Origin: Macrostomum lignano
Lineage: Eukaryota
Assembly: GCA_002269645.1 (NCBI GenBank)
Contig: NIVC01002203.1
Span: 44,502-108,501, forward strand
Reading direction: 5' to 3'
DNA length: 64,000 bases
The notes below the pieces were generated by a model. It saw only the letters and a program-made list of their open reading frames with translations. It made no database searches and had not been told where the DNA came from. Numbering within the stretch: position 1 is the first letter of the stretch; each line of letters starts with the position of its first letter. The position numbers were made by a program, and so were the translations under genes. Positions 63,033 to 64,000 of this stretch are shown one piece after another.

Positions 63033-63325
63033 CAGGGCCCGCGTCGCCATGGATTTTATGGTGGGGAGACAAAGCCAAGAATTCAACATGTACATGACTA
63101 AATTCCTAAATTTCCATTATTTTGAGAATCGTGTAGTCAGCGCTCATTTTGGCGCCGCAGGTACTCCTTTTCGCGCCGCGCGCAGGCACGCATTTTGGCG
63201 CAGAAGGCGCTATATATTTTGACGTCCTGAAGAAATTGATTACCACAACGGGTCACAAAGTGGGGTCGGGGGACACCCCCAAAGCTTTTACTGGGGGGAC
63301 ATGTCCCCCCCACCGACGCGCCTAG
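63033..63325. mobile_element. MITE-like element, mirror of 17179-17478
   Basis: CAGGGCCCGCGTCGCC ... CCGACGCGCCTAG termini. Confidence 0.4.
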
Positions 63326-64000
63326 CTGCCACAGCTACATATTGTACATGTGATATACACACGTATTCTGTGAAATCCATTTGCAGCGTTGCAGATTTAA
63401 ATTTTGACTTCAGCTTTATCACTCGTAGCTATACTACGAGATTTTGGCTCTCCATGTTAGCTCGGGTGCTCTTAGGTTTAAACTTGTTATAAGTGTTGCT
63501 CAGCATGTTGTATCCATTTTCAGTTTTACCGTGCAGACTGTGGAAAAAATTTCAGTTAATAATAAAAATAGTCTAGAAAATTTTATTGTTCTAGAATCTA
63601 TAACATTAGAGTTTAGTTCCGCTCTTTACATATAATAACTAGATAATATTGATTTACTGAACACAAAATTAAAAGCTAAAGTTTCTTCGAAATGAACAAA
63701 TTCTTATTCAAAGAATGAACATGAACCATCAGGCTCCATAATGAGCCATTCAAAAGTTTTGATTGATCAACAAAGAATGGCTACAGATCAATTTTTTCAC
63801 TGACTGAAGTGTAGAAGTTATAGAAATTGGAGTTCCTCATTTATTTATTGTTGATACAGGCCTATGATTAATGCTTGATACAGACCTATTAGTATCTGTA
63901 TCATATTTGATAAAAACAAATTTGATATTTGATCAGTAATAGTATTACTGATACAATAGTGCTCTCATGTCAGCTAGTAGTAGTAGAATCGTATGTAATG

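Larger units (their letters stand above)
40382..64000. repeat. Right arm of the inverted duplication (continues beyond the window)
   Basis: Reverse complement of 15582-39604 apart from SNPs, indels, VNTR differences and the solo LTR. Confidence 0.97.

Overview
Eukaryotic (invertebrate) genomic DNA: GC-rich, Ala/Gln-rich exons, GT-AG introns, and a mini- or microsatellite in almost every intron. The style suggests a free-living flatworm such as Macrostomum; this is an inference, not shown by the sequence. The dominant structure is a ~24 kb inverted duplication (left arm <=15582..39604, right arm 40382..>=64000) around a 777-nt spacer that contains a 159-N gap. Each arm carries the last exon of INTS1, a PEA3/ETV-family ETS gene, a secreted type-2 cystatin and a tRNA-derived SINE. 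The arms differ by real substitutions, VNTR copy numbers and a polymorphic ~980-bp TG..CA solo-LTR-like insertion. The 5' bulk of INTS1 is absent and the centre is frameshift-ridden, so head-to-head scaffolding of two alleles/homeologs is at least as likely as a true palindrome. The unique left part holds a typical 2-Cys peroxiredoxin, two candidate upstream phase-0 exons (one resembling a mitochondrial presequence), two MITEs and a degenerate TTAGGG tract. It also holds an AT-rich island with two consensus histone-mRNA-type 3' stem-loops (12933-12948, 13270-13285) that have no histone gene upstream, next to a divergent orphan 119-aa ORF; this is the most unusual signal found. Most long ORFs in the ORF track are translations of tandem repeats. 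No CRISPR array and no bacterial genes are supported.
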